IMG/VR virus record: IMGVR_UViG_3300014969_000019
Location: 3,145-67,144 of that record
From: a virus
Lineage: Duplodnaviria; Caudoviricetes
DNA: 64,000 nt
Reading direction: 5' to 3' (one strand)
The stretch's first letter is position 1. The number at the start of each line of letters is the position of its first letter. The position numbers were made by a program, and so were the translations under genes. This document shows positions 55,331 to 63,164 of this stretch, piece after piece. The notes beneath the pieces were generated by a model. It had not been told where the DNA came from. It saw only the letters and a program-made list of their open reading frames with translations, and did not search any database.

Positions 55331-55798
55331 CTAGAAGGCGTTGGCGTAGCACAGGAAGTTCTGCTCGTCGTACTTCAACGCCAGATACTGCCCGAGCCAG
55401 ATGTCGGATCTGGGGAGGGACAGCGGCTGGGTGTTCTGGTCGTTGGCCTCGGCCCGTGCTGCCAGCATTAGGTCTCGGTCTACGCGCAGACCACTGATGA
55501 TGTAGTCGTTCCAGGGATTGGGACCTCCACAGAGACCCCCTCGGTAACCCTTCACGGAGTCGATCCGGGCGATGTTCTCCGAGGTGCCCTGGAACCAGAT
55601 CTGGTACTGGTACTGACCCGACTGACCCATGAACTCCAGGTGGGTGAGCACTCGCTCCAGACACCCATATGGGACTGCGCGGCCCGGTATCTGGGGGACA
55701 CGCTGGACCTCCCAGCGCAGCTCCTCTTCGGGGACGATGCTGCGGAGGAGCGCATGAGCACGCTCCTCCGCCGCCGCCCGCTGTTGGGCGATCGTCAC
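55331..55798 (-). CDS. Conserved hypothetical protein, partner of the VGG-ending protein
   Basis: GTG start 1 nt after the upstream stop; RAHALLRSIV...YQIW...C...LPRSDIWLGQYLALKYDEQNFL.AN. Confidence 0.7.
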   Translation of the reverse strand: MTIAQQRAAAEERAHALLRSIVPEEELRWEVQRVPQIPGRAVPYGCLERVLTHLEFMGQSGQYQYQIWFQGTSENIARIDSVKGYRGGLCGGPNPWNDYIISGLRVDRDLMLAARAEANDQNTQPLSLPRSDIWLGQYLALKYDEQNFLCYANAF

Positions 55799-55799
55799 A

Positions 55800-56063
55800 T
55801 CACCCTCCGACGTACCGAGGCTCGACCACGGTGTGCACGGCCTCCTGCTCCAGGGTGCGGGTGACGTACCCCTGGCCTCCGCTCTCGGTCTCCAGGACGA
55901 AGGCCGTCCCGCCCTTGGCCACCGACTCTTCGAGCGCGGCCTCGGCCGTGATGCGCTCGGCCTCGACCGTCGGGTCGTAGGTGATGGTCCGGTCACCTTC
56001 GTTGTTCAGGATCCTCAGGACGTGCTTCCCCGTGGGGATCTCGATCGGTGTGAGTAGCGACAT
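55800..56063 (-). CDS. Small protein with C-terminal diglycine (PRYVGG)
   Basis: LRILNNEGDRTITYDP...TAF...VVEPRYVGG-stop; RBS ggaagg. Confidence 0.75.
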   Translation of the reverse strand: MSLLTPIEIPTGKHVLRILNNEGDRTITYDPTVEAERITAEAALEESVAKGGTAFVLETESGGQGYVTRTLEQEAVHTVVEPRYVGG

Positions 56064-56090
56064 GTATCTCGTTCCTTCCATGCGATTGAC

Positions 56091-56125
56091 ATGAAAAAAC
56101 CCCCGGCACAGGGAGTGGCGGGGGG
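56091..56125 (-). terminator. Hairpin + TTTTTTCAT element
   Basis: cccccg/cggggg stem, U6 on the minus strand. Confidence 0.6.
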
Positions 56126-56261
56126 CTAGACATCCCGAGATGTCTAGGACTGAGTGCTGTGCATCATCACCAGAGTGACGACAGCGATCAGCAGGTTCAC
56201 GGAGAACGTGAGCGTCAGGTAGAGCTCCCGTCGTCCCCGCCTCTTCTTGGTGCGCCGGGAG

Positions 56262-56597
56262 TCATCCAGCGAGGTCGTCATCGCCGTCCCCGGTGTGCTC
56301 GCAGGTGTAGGTCCGCTCAGCGAACGGCTTCACCTTGTCTGAGTGGTGGTTCATCTTGTTCACCTGCACACGGGTCAGGTGAGACCACCCCGGGAAGTCG
56401 GTGAGCCAGCTCTCCGGGTCCTTGGCCTCCCCGACCTTCTGGCCGCCCATGCCGATCATGGACAGCGCGCCCAGCGCCTGGTTCGCGAGAGCTCTGGACT
56501 CTCGGAACGAGGGCTTGTCGAACTGGATCTTCTTGGTGTCGCCGGTGCAGGTCTCGATGACCACTTCGGCGTAGTCGAAGATGTTGCCGTTACCCAT
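56262..56597 (-). CDS. Hypothetical protein
   Basis: MGNGNIFD; RBS gaagggaag. Confidence 0.65.
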   Translation of the reverse strand: MGNGNIFDYAEVVIETCTGDTKKIQFDKPSFRESRALANQALGALSMIGMGGQKVGEAKDPESWLTDFPGWSHLTRVQVNKMNHHSDKVKPFAERTYTCEHTGDGDDDLAG

Positions 56598-56665
56598 GGT
56601 GCTTCCCTTCCATGCATATGTGTGAGGCCCCACAGCCGTGTTGCTGTGGGGCCAGGTTGTACTGG

Positions 56666-57151
56666 TCAGGCTCCCAGGCCGGAGCTCGGGCCGCACACGT
56701 CCTGCAGCTCACCGTCGTAGGACTGGTGAGAGTCCAGAATGCTGGTGACCTTGTGCATCTCCGAGGTGGCCTTGGGCAGCCAGATGATCGAACCCCAGGT
56801 GCCGCCAGTGACTGCCTTCAGCTCGTACGTCATGGCGTTCGACATGTGCCTGGTGACGGCCGGGTAGACCGAGCACTTCGCAGCGTTGTCAGACAGCGTC
56901 TGGTTCTGCGAGGTCAGGTCGGCGTTGTCGGACTTGGCCGCGGCCAGGTCCTTCTTGGTGCTGGTCAGCTGGCTGCTGACCGAGGCGGCGTGCTCCCGGG
57001 ACTGACCCAGGATCTGGTGCTGGTGGAAGGTGTACGCACCGAGCGCGATGAACATGAGCACGACGCTCATGACCAGCAGGTACAGACCGATCTTCCGCTG
57101 CTTGGCGGGAGCGTCCTGCATCGCGATGAACTCGGGTGTGGTGTCAATCAT
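56666..57151 (-). CDS. Single-pass membrane protein with coiled coil
   Basis: TM helix then heptad repeats; RBS gaaagg. Confidence 0.7.
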   Translation of the reverse strand: MIDTTPEFIAMQDAPAKQRKIGLYLLVMSVVLMFIALGAYTFHQHQILGQSREHAASVSSQLTSTKKDLAAAKSDNADLTSQNQTLSDNAAKCSVYPAVTRHMSNAMTYELKAVTGGTWGSIIWLPKATSEMHKVTSILDSHQSYDGELQDVCGPSSGLGA

Positions 57152-57185
57152 GGTGGTGCCTTTCATCTATGTGTGTGTGTATGAC

Positions 57186-57217
57186 ATGCGAAAGCCCCCA
57201 GCCATGTGACTGGGGGC
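57186..57217 (-). terminator. Hairpin + TTTCGCAT element
   Basis: gcccccag/ctgggggc stem. Confidence 0.6.
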
Positions 57218-57225
57218 CGGTGGTG

Positions 57226-57402
57226 CTAGGAGCTGAGTGACCTGAGGTACACGTCGTGGTGCTCCCTCTCGCGGGGGCATGAGCCGTCCGCTTCGAGCTC
57301 GGTGAGGCACTGGTAGTGACCTCCACCGTCGTTGCCATCCGCCGCGACGATGCGGCGTTCCTTCAGGCAGTGTGGAACTTCGGATCTCCAGAGTTCGTCC
57401 AT
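57226..57402 (-). CDS. Small Cys/His-rich protein
   Basis: RBS gaagggaag; HC...HYQC...CP..H. Confidence 0.6.
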   Translation of the reverse strand: MDELWRSEVPHCLKERRIVAADGNDGGGHYQCLTELEADGSCPREREHHDVYLRSLSS

Positions 57403-57419
57403 GGGCTTCCCTTCCATGC

Positions 57420-57453
57420 ATGCGAAAGCCCCACCGCCGAGTTGCGGTGGGGC
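57420..57453 (-). terminator. Hairpin + TTTCGCAT element
   Basis: gccccaccgc/gcggtggggc 10-bp stem. Confidence 0.65.
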
Positions 57454-57461
57454 CGGGTGGA

Positions 57462-57698
57462 TCAGGACTGGATGTAGACCCGATCCTTCTCCATGAAGAG
57501 GGCCACGACGCCCTTCATGGTGAGTCCGACGAACTCGCTCTCGGTGAAGGTGAGCTCGTCGTCGAAGTAGCGCAGAACCTCCTCGACACCACCGGTGTCG
57601 AAGGTGGCAGTCACGACTGCCTGGTACTCACCTGCGCGGGGATCGGAGCGGGTGATCGTGGCCTGCGTGATCTTGGGGGCGTCCTGAGCGGTGCTCAT
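57462..57698 (-). CDS. Hypothetical protein
   Basis: ATGA overlap; EVLRYFDDELTFTESEFVGLT pattern. Confidence 0.65.
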   Translation of the reverse strand: MSTAQDAPKITQATITRSDPRAGEYQAVVTATFDTGGVEEVLRYFDDELTFTESEFVGLTMKGVVALFMEKDRVYIQS

Positions 57699-57892
57699 GC
57701 CGCACCGCCCATCGAGCGCTGCATCCGAGTGATGCACCACTGACAGACGGGTAGGTCCCTCTCCTTCAGCGTGGCCCTGCGCAGCTTCCCCGGGGAGGAG
57801 AAGTAGTCGCAGTCGAGCAGATGCCGCTTCCGCGGCTGTTCGCCACCTACCCACACGGCGGCCTGACTCCCTGGATACTTCAGTGTTGCCAT
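57695..57892 (-). CDS. Small hypothetical protein (H..C, CQWC)
   Basis: RBS gaaagaagg. Confidence 0.6.
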   Translation of the reverse strand: MATLKYPGSQAAVWVGGEQPRKRHLLDCDYFSSPGKLRRATLKERDLPVCQWCITRMQRSMGGAA

Positions 57893-57914
57893 GTTGCGCC
57901 TTCTTTCTGGTGAA

Positions 57915-57948
57915 ATGCGAAAAGGCCCCCTACCGAAGTAGGAGGCCT
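57915..57948 (-). terminator. Intrinsic terminator with C(UUCG)G loop + TTTTCGCAT
   Basis: Minus strand aggcctcctac-ttcg-gtagggggcc-ttttcgcat; the G-U pair supports minus-strand RNA. Confidence 0.75.
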
Positions 57949-57989
57949 CTCGCGCCTGTATCAGGGTATGCAGTCGCCCTGACCCTCTT

Positions 57990-58019
57990 ATTATAGCCTA
58001 TTTAGGGCACTAAATGCCA
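57990..58019 (-). promoter_or_regulatory. Leftward promoter (TATAAT) overlapped by palindrome ATTTAG-N4-CTAAAT
   Basis: attata at 57990-95; palindrome at 58000-58015; weak -35 TGGCAT at 18 nt. Confidence 0.5.
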
Positions 58020-58028
58020 CCCTAAACA

Positions 58029-58415
58029 CTACTTTTCGGGGTCTGTGGACGCTTCCGAGGTCGTTTCATAGGGGTTTTCGACGTATGTGGCCTTGATCAG
58101 GGTCACCATGTCCTGGTGCCCCCGGCGGGCTTCATGTTCTGTGCTGTACCGGACACAGTCCAGATCCAGCAGTCCCTCGTGGCCTTCCTCGCTCCGATCG
58201 GCGTTCCAGGCCGTGGTGGTGAAGACCATGGTCTCGAAGATGAGCGGAGGACCACCCTCCATGAACTGGTGGTCCAGTCCGATCCAGACAGTGGAGACCA
58301 TGTACGGCCCCACCTGGTCCAGACCGACCCTGTGGTAGTCCTCATCCTCTTTCAGCCGACCCCACTCCTCGGTGGAGATCGGCTTCCCCTCCTTGTCCAG
58401 CCAGTCCATGCTCAA
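58029..58415 (-). CDS. Conserved phage hypothetical protein
   Basis: VSTVWIGLDHQF...PPLIFETMVF...RYSTE.EA..GH pattern. Confidence 0.75.
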   Translation of the reverse strand: MSMDWLDKEGKPISTEEWGRLKEDEDYHRVGLDQVGPYMVSTVWIGLDHQFMEGGPPLIFETMVFTTTAWNADRSEEGHEGLLDLDCVRYSTEHEARRGHQDMVTLIKATYVENPYETTSEASTDPEK

Positions 58416-58657
58416 TCAGTAGCGCCTCCCTCCTGAATCTGGTCTATCGCTAGGTTCACCAACTGGATCCCGACCAGGAGACGGATCGCCTGGTGAGCTC
58501 GGGACCACTCGTAGTGCAGGGCCGACATCTCCTCGTGCTCGTAGCGCCCTTCCTCGGGCACCTGAGGCTCTACTGCGCCGTGCTCCCGGAGGTGCTTCAG
58601 CAGCATCAGAGCCATCGAGTCGAGCTCGATGAGATGGGTCTTGGCCGCGTCGTTCAC
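58412..58657 (-). CDS. Hypothetical protein
   Basis: GTG start overlapping the upstream stop. Confidence 0.55.
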   Translation of the reverse strand: MNDAAKTHLIELDSMALMLLKHLREHGAVEPQVPEEGRYEHEEMSALHYEWSRAHQAIRLLVGIQLVNLAIDQIQEGGATD

Positions 58658-58962
58658 CTGATCACCATCTTCCAGACCTGCAGAGCGGACTCCCGGTAGG
58701 ACAGGCCCATGTCCGGATCGCCTACCTGCCGGCACCAGTAGAGGTGGTCTCGGTAGTGACCGATCCCGCCAGTCACGGAGCGCAGTGAGCACTCCTTGTG
58801 GGACGGAACCAGACCCTTCTCCGAGCCCATGAAGCTGCCCTGATCGTTCTCCTGGATGGGGGTTCCACACAGGATGCAGAGCTCCCCGACCGGAGTCGGG
58901 ACCTGGATGCCGTTGTCGCAGACCCCCGAGGGCCATGGCTCACCGAAGTAGGGCTCACTCAT
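58654..58962 (-). CDS. Cys/His-rich hypothetical protein
   Basis: CILC...HKEC...GGIGH..DH..WC. Confidence 0.7.
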   Translation of the reverse strand: MSEPYFGEPWPSGVCDNGIQVPTPVGELCILCGTPIQENDQGSFMGSEKGLVPSHKECSLRSVTGGIGHYRDHLYWCRQVGDPDMGLSYRESALQVWKMVIR

Positions 58963-59095
58963 CCTGCCTCACCTCCCAGAATCCGTCGTTGTCGTGTACC
59001 GGGCAGTTCAGATCAGCGATCCGCCGCTCCCCGATGTCGGTGAACATCGGGCAGATGCAGTCCTCGGGTCGGATGAACCGCGGGTTCTCAGTCAC
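58955..59095 (-). CDS. Small CxC..CPVH protein (46 aa, below the track cutoff)
   Basis: GTG-TENPRFIRPEDCICP...LNCPVHD; RBS gagagg; fills the gap between neighbours. Confidence 0.55.
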   Translation of the reverse strand: MTENPRFIRPEDCICPMFTDIGERRIADLNCPVHDNDGFWEVRQDE

Positions 59096-59321
59096 TTCCT
59101 CTCGTCCAGTCATGGCAGTTGCCGCAGTACCCCTCTCGGATGTCGTTCGGGTTGTAGGACGTCATCAGGCACCGGGGACAGGTGATGGACCCCTTCTCGG
59201 CACGTTCGACTGCTGCCCGGACCCGGGGGTCCGGATGAGACCGGTTCAGCTCGGCGTACGTGCCTTCCCCGAGCACCTCGTCGGTGATCTGACGGGCGAT
59301 GTCGTAGAGGTCGCCCATCAC
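59088..59321 (-). CDS. Small Zn-ribbon protein
   Basis: SITCPRC.MTSYNPNDIREGYCGNCHDW. Confidence 0.7.
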   Translation of the reverse strand: MMGDLYDIARQITDEVLGEGTYAELNRSHPDPRVRAAVERAEKGSITCPRCLMTSYNPNDIREGYCGNCHDWTRGSD

Positions 59322-59590
59322 AGCTCCATGAACCCGTCGTCGGTCATCACACCGAACTGCTTGCCCTCGGACTGCAAGATCGCCTTGATGTGCATGACCA
59401 GCTGGCCGACTGCCTCCAGGTTGTCCTTGAAGCCGAACACGACGATCCCGCCCTCCCCCTCAGAGGAGAGGCAGATGACTCCCTGCACGTCGGCGTTCTC
59501 CTTGGTCGCTGCCAGCTGCTTCATCTCGTCGGCCAGCTCGGTGAGCCGGTCGAACGGGATCGGTGCGAAGTGGATGTCACTGATCGCCAT
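59318..59590 (-). CDS. Hypothetical protein
   Basis: TGATG coupling; RBS ggagg. Confidence 0.65.
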   Translation of the reverse strand: MAISDIHFAPIPFDRLTELADEMKQLAATKENADVQGVICLSSEGEGGIVVFGFKDNLEAVGQLVMHIKAILQSEGKQFGVMTDDGFMEL

Positions 59591-59772
59591 CAGACCTCCT
59601 CCAAGATCTCGTAGGTGATCGGGTGCCGGTGGACGCTCGACTCGACTGTCACCGAGGCCAGCGCGATCGTCTGTGGCTCCACGATGTGCATCACCGCGTA
59701 TGGCGGGTTCTCCTTCACCTTGAAATACCGTCGACAGGTCGGGCAGTAGGCCGGCTCTGTCATCTTCTTCAT
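59590..59772 (-). CDS. Small hypothetical protein (CPTC)
   Basis: MKKMTEPAYCPTC; RBS gaggag. Confidence 0.55.
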   Translation of the reverse strand: MKKMTEPAYCPTCRRYFKVKENPPYAVMHIVEPQTIALASVTVESSVHRHPITYEILEEV

Positions 59773-59782
59773 CTGTCTCCTC

Positions 59783-60001
59783 TCATGGACTGCTCCGAGC
59801 CACGGTCTTCCCGTGCTTGCGGCACTGCATCTCCGTGCCCAGGTCAACGACGTGACCGCCATAGGCCACGCACCGGCGCTCGAAGTTGTAGGTACTCATG
59901 GGGTCGTGTCGTTCCATCCACAACGTCCCCTGCCAGACCCCCAGCACGAAGGTCGCGGTACCTACCACGGTCGCCAGTGCGATGGCCCATGGCTTCCTCA
60001 T
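59783..60001 (-). CDS. Small membrane protein
   Basis: MRKPWAIALATVVGTATFVLGVW. Confidence 0.6.
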   Translation of the reverse strand: MRKPWAIALATVVGTATFVLGVWQGTLWMERHDPMSTYNFERRCVAYGGHVVDLGTEMQCRKHGKTVARSSP

Positions 60002-60486
60002 GGCGTAGAGCCGGCGTCTTCGCCTCTCCAAGGCCCGAGGAGTTCCTGGTACAGCCGGTACTCCGGGTCGAAGTCCTCGTGCCAGGGGAACCGATCCTGT
60101 GCATCGGGCCAGACCAGCTGCAGAGCCTGGAACTCACCCATCAGGTGTCGGGTCATGGTCATCGGGTACTCGCCGAAGGGATCGGTGATCTCCACGAAGG
60201 CCACCCGGTGGTTCTCGATCACGAACTGGTAGTAGGTGTCCGGGTTGAACCGAGTACCTGACTTCACCTGCTCGTAGATCACACCCAGAAGACCATGCAT
60301 GGTCTCCATGTTCAGGCCCATGATCAGCAGCTCCGGATGCTCCCGGAGCTTGAAGCCCACCGTGTAGTTGAACGGCGGACCGTCACCCTCCTTGGTCGGG
60401 AAGATGGCCATGTCCGACCAGCCGTGCTCGGCGATGTCTTCGAGCACCCGTTGATCCAGCGCGTCTCTGCGCTCCTTGGAGATCAC
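59998..60486 (-). CDS. DUF4262-like protein
   Basis: PPFNYTVGF...HPELLIMGL...ALQLVWPDAQDRFPW. Confidence 0.8.
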   Translation of the reverse strand: MISKERRDALDQRVLEDIAEHGWSDMAIFPTKEGDGPPFNYTVGFKLREHPELLIMGLNMETMHGLLGVIYEQVKSGTRFNPDTYYQFVIENHRVAFVEITDPFGEYPMTMTRHLMGEFQALQLVWPDAQDRFPWHEDFDPEYRLYQELLGPWRGEDAGSTP

Positions 60487-60836
60487 GGAGCATCAGGGTC
60501 GAAACCGGCCCGTTCCCACTTCTCGGCCTTGGCCAGGACGTCCAGGACGTCTTGCTTGTTCTTGGCCCCGTCGAACTGGTCGTCGTTCCAGTCCGGGACA
60601 GCTCTGAAGCCCAAGGGCTTGATCACCCGGAGGATGGCGTCCGTCGCCAGTTGAGCCCTCGGGTCGAGGTTGACGCTGACCTGACCTTTCAGCCCCAGGA
60701 CACGGGCCATGCCTCCATAGACACAGGCCTGGCGACCGTTCGGACCGTACATAGAGCCTCGCCACCAGCCGTTCTTCTCGATGTACTCCCGGGTGCCGGC
60801 GATGACATCGGCGATCTCGTCACTCAACGTTTCCAC
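60483..60836 (-). CDS. DUF6197-like hypothetical protein
   Basis: GWWRG...G..C.YGG...WND...K.DVLDVL.KA. Confidence 0.6.
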   Translation of the reverse strand: METLSDEIADVIAGTREYIEKNGWWRGSMYGPNGRQACVYGGMARVLGLKGQVSVNLDPRAQLATDAILRVIKPLGFRAVPDWNDDQFDGAKNKQDVLDVLAKAEKWERAGFDPDAP

Positions 60837-61254
60837 TCCTCGCGTTCTTCTCGGCCAGGATGAAGGCGTCCTGGACCTCCTCCCACTTGGTCCGGGAGTC
60901 GTTCCAGACGGTGACCCAGTTGACGGTGCACCGGCAGTTGATCCCGGTGCAGTTCTCGGCGTGGGTGAGTCCCTCTGGGATGTCGATCACCCGACATAGG
61001 GCATCTGCCACGGCCAGGACCTTCGGGTTCTCGCAGCAGAACCTGTCCTCGATGCCCTGGCTGTACAGGACACCACCGATGGCGCAGTAGCCGATCACGT
61101 CGCCGTAGATGATCTCCTCCTTCTCGGCGTCGTAGTGGCCGTCGACGACCTTGAACTCGCCCTGTGCCCAGCCGTACTCGTCCAGGAACTCCTGGGTCTC
61201 GGCCAGGAGGTCAGCCAGTTGGTCGTTGGTCAGTTCGGTGATCTCAGTGGTCAT
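60820..61254 (-). CDS. DUF6197-like hypothetical protein (tandem paralog)
   Basis: GWAQG...GYCAIGG...WNDSRTKWEEVQDAF..A. Confidence 0.6.
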   Translation of the reverse strand: MTTEITELTNDQLADLLAETQEFLDEYGWAQGEFKVVDGHYDAEKEEIIYGDVIGYCAIGGVLYSQGIEDRFCCENPKVLAVADALCRVIDIPEGLTHAENCTGINCRCTVNWVTVWNDSRTKWEEVQDAFILAEKNARSGNVE

Positions 61255-61586
61255 GCCTCGCTCCTCTCATCTGCTGCCTTGCAGGTCCCACAGACGCCGA
61301 AGGCCAGCAGGATCTGGATGTCCTCGATGTTCCGGACGGTGTATCCGGTGTAGTAGTCCTCCCCGGACGCGGAGTCCGGAGCGATGTACCTGCCGCAGTT
61401 GTCACAGGTGCGTTCCCAGAGCTCCTGCTCCTCTTCGGTCATGTCTTCGTCACCCTCGTCGAGGAGACTCATGATGAAGAGCGTGCTGGACTCTCGGGCG
61501 ATGTCGATCGCGCCCTCCTTGACCATCAGTTCGACGCGCTGATCGGTCATGTTCTTCAACCACGGTGCTTCATACGGAGTGTTCAT
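61251..61586 (-). CDS. Hypothetical protein with CxxC pairs
   Basis: CDNC...CGTC; ATGA overlaps. Confidence 0.65.
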   Translation of the reverse strand: MNTPYEAPWLKNMTDQRVELMVKEGAIDIARESSTLFIMSLLDEGDEDMTEEEQELWERTCDNCGRYIAPDSASGEDYYTGYTVRNIEDIQILLAFGVCGTCKAADERSEA

Positions 61587-62041
61587 GACTTCCCCTTCTC
61601 CACTTGGTCATCCCAGGCCTTGCGGAAGGTGATGTTCTCTTCCTTGGTATTCGGTGTTGGTGGCTCCGGTTCGTAGGTCACTGAGGTAGTGAACCGGAGG
61701 CCGGACTCAGTCACGATGGTGAAGGTCTGGATCTGCCCATCGTCATCGAAGTTGTCCTCGATGTGGTCGACCTTGATCGGGAACAGCTCGGTCTGAGCTG
61801 CTCCTCTGAAACAGCCCAGGATCAACCATCCGAGAGCTGCATCTGGGATCGGATTGTCGTCGTGTTCGATGTCCGTCGTTCTCATCCCTTTCTGGTGTGG
61901 TTCGGGCATGAAAAAGACCCGGTGTCGGAGGATGGGTATGTTCACCTTCTCCTCCGACACCGGGTCGGTTCTCCTCCCTGGCATGGGGTCCAGGTCAGAG
62001 GGTGAATCATCCGCGCATGGCGAATGAATCACTGTGTTCAT
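61583..62041 (-). CDS. Hypothetical protein (true start probably downstream, e.g. 61984)
   Basis: The longest ATG overlaps the predicted -10 box. Confidence 0.55.
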   Translation of the reverse strand: MNTVIHSPCADDSPSDLDPMPGRRTDPVSEEKVNIPILRHRVFFMPEPHQKGMRTTDIEHDDNPIPDAALGWLILGCFRGAAQTELFPIKVDHIEDNFDDDGQIQTFTIVTESGLRFTTSVTYEPEPPTPNTKEENITFRKAWDDQVEKGKS

Positions 62042-62069
62042 TGTATCATAAGCACTACATACAGCACAA
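62040..62069 (-). promoter_or_regulatory. SigA-type leftward promoter
   Basis: TTGTGC-18nt-TACAAT with TGn; shares ATGTAGTG-T-(T/A)TGATACAAT with the 47.1 kb promoter. Confidence 0.65.
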
Positions 62070-62224
62070 GGGCCAGACCCTGATGGGCCTGGCCTGTTCT
62101 GGAGTGTCGGTGCCCCTCATCGAGGGGTCTTAACCGAGTGACTCCGATGGAACCTTCACCCCTAGCCGCTTCGGTTCCGTACCTAGAGCTAGGGAGGGTA
62201 GAGATCGGATGACCTCATGAGTCC

Positions 62225-62254
62225 ATTGTACTACATACACCACACCCATCGCAA
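62225..62254 (-). promoter_or_regulatory. SigA-type leftward promoter
   Basis: TTGCGA-18nt-TACAAT; the spacer again contains ATGTAG. Confidence 0.5.
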
Positions 62255-62265
62255 GGGCATGACGG

Positions 62266-62544
62266 GTGCTCGCAGTTACCGTGAGACGAGAGGTGGAGGT
62301 GTGTATGAGCCCTCGTCTGAGAGACCGTCCTACCGCTGACATCTTGGTGATCATGGTGGCTCTCACCATCTGTGGAGCGATCATCGGTGGTGGTACAGCT
62401 CTGATCATCCTGGCCTTCATCCACCCGAAGATGGATGCCGGTCCTGGAGCTCGAACGATCGCGGATCTACTGACCACGATGGTCGGTCTACTGGCCGGCT
62501 TCCTGGCTGGTCGTACCACGATCAAGAAGGAGGAGGAGAAGTAG
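62266..62544 (+). CDS. Two-TM membrane protein
   Basis: ILVIMVALTICGAIIGGGTALIILAF...LLTTMVGLLAGFLAG; start may be 62305 after ggagg. Confidence 0.65.
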   Translation: MLAVTVRREVEVCMSPRLRDRPTADILVIMVALTICGAIIGGGTALIILAFIHPKMDAGPGARTIADLLTTMVGLLAGFLAGRTTIKKEEEK

Positions 62545-62764
62545 GGGAGACCCTCCACCTCCGGGCTTCGCCCTCCGGCTCCGGGTCTCCTACCTTGTAC
62601 CTGGCGTACTGAGCTCGGGCTAGATCTAAGCCATCGGGCTTCCAGTTCAGTTCTGGTCTGTCACGAGCTGGTCTGATGATGGTGACTGGACCAGACTTCG
62701 CGGCCCAGCGTGCTTCCTCTCTCTGCTTCCGGGACCTCTTCTGGTAGCCCCTCTTCTTCGACAT
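62522..62764 (-). CDS. Possible small basic protein
   Basis: MSKKRGYQKRSRKQREEARW; RBS gaggag; overlaps the end of the opposite-strand gene. Confidence 0.4.
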   Translation of the reverse strand: MSKKRGYQKRSRKQREEARWAAKSGPVTIIRPARDRPELNWKPDGLDLARAQYARYKVGDPEPEGEARRWRVSPTSPPPS

Positions 62765-63072
62765 ACCCCATCTCCTCGGGCTCCTCAGGAGCCTCCGCGC
62801 TTCGCACTGTGCTCTCTGGCCCCCCTTCCCCCCACGATGTTGGGGGGAGCTCTCGAACCGCCGGGGACCTTTCCGGCACGCGGTCGCAACCGCCTCTAGT
62901 GCGGGTGTCTCCGGTTCGACGTCCGGGTCCTGATCGGCTTCACCCCGCCGCGGGGTCGCATGAACGCTCTCCAGTTGGATCTGGATGCGCGAGAGGGGAG
63001 GTACTTGCTACCATCGACCCGCGTATCTGACACAGCGCACGCTAGACCCGAGGTCGTAGTGGGTCAAGCGAC

Positions 63073-63164
63073 AGAGGCCCCGGGAACATGACGACACTCC
63101 CGGGGCCTCTTCTCATCTGCTACCTTCATCTGGAAGCCCCGGTGACCCGAGACGCCGGGGCTTC
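63073..63164 (+). terminator. Two tandem hairpins followed by TCTCAT / TTCATG (rightward version of the hairpin element)
   Basis: 13-bp stem agaggccccggga/tcccggggcctct; 10-bp stem gaagccccgg/ccggggcttc. Confidence 0.55.

Noticed and set aside
56159-56262. Possible tiny leftward membrane ORF between two genes
   Set aside because: A hydrophobic stretch is present but there is no convincing start or RBS, so it is not supportable.
57168-57182. Short (TG)n run
   Set aside because: Only a few units in a spacer between a hairpin and an RBS; no evidence for phase variation.
62860-62932. tRNA-like GGTTCGAC T-loop and nearby stems
   Set aside because: The loop is 8 nt, and I could not build D and anticodon arms or a 7-bp acceptor stem with CCA, so it is not called as tRNA. 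tRNAscan/ARAGORN would settle it.
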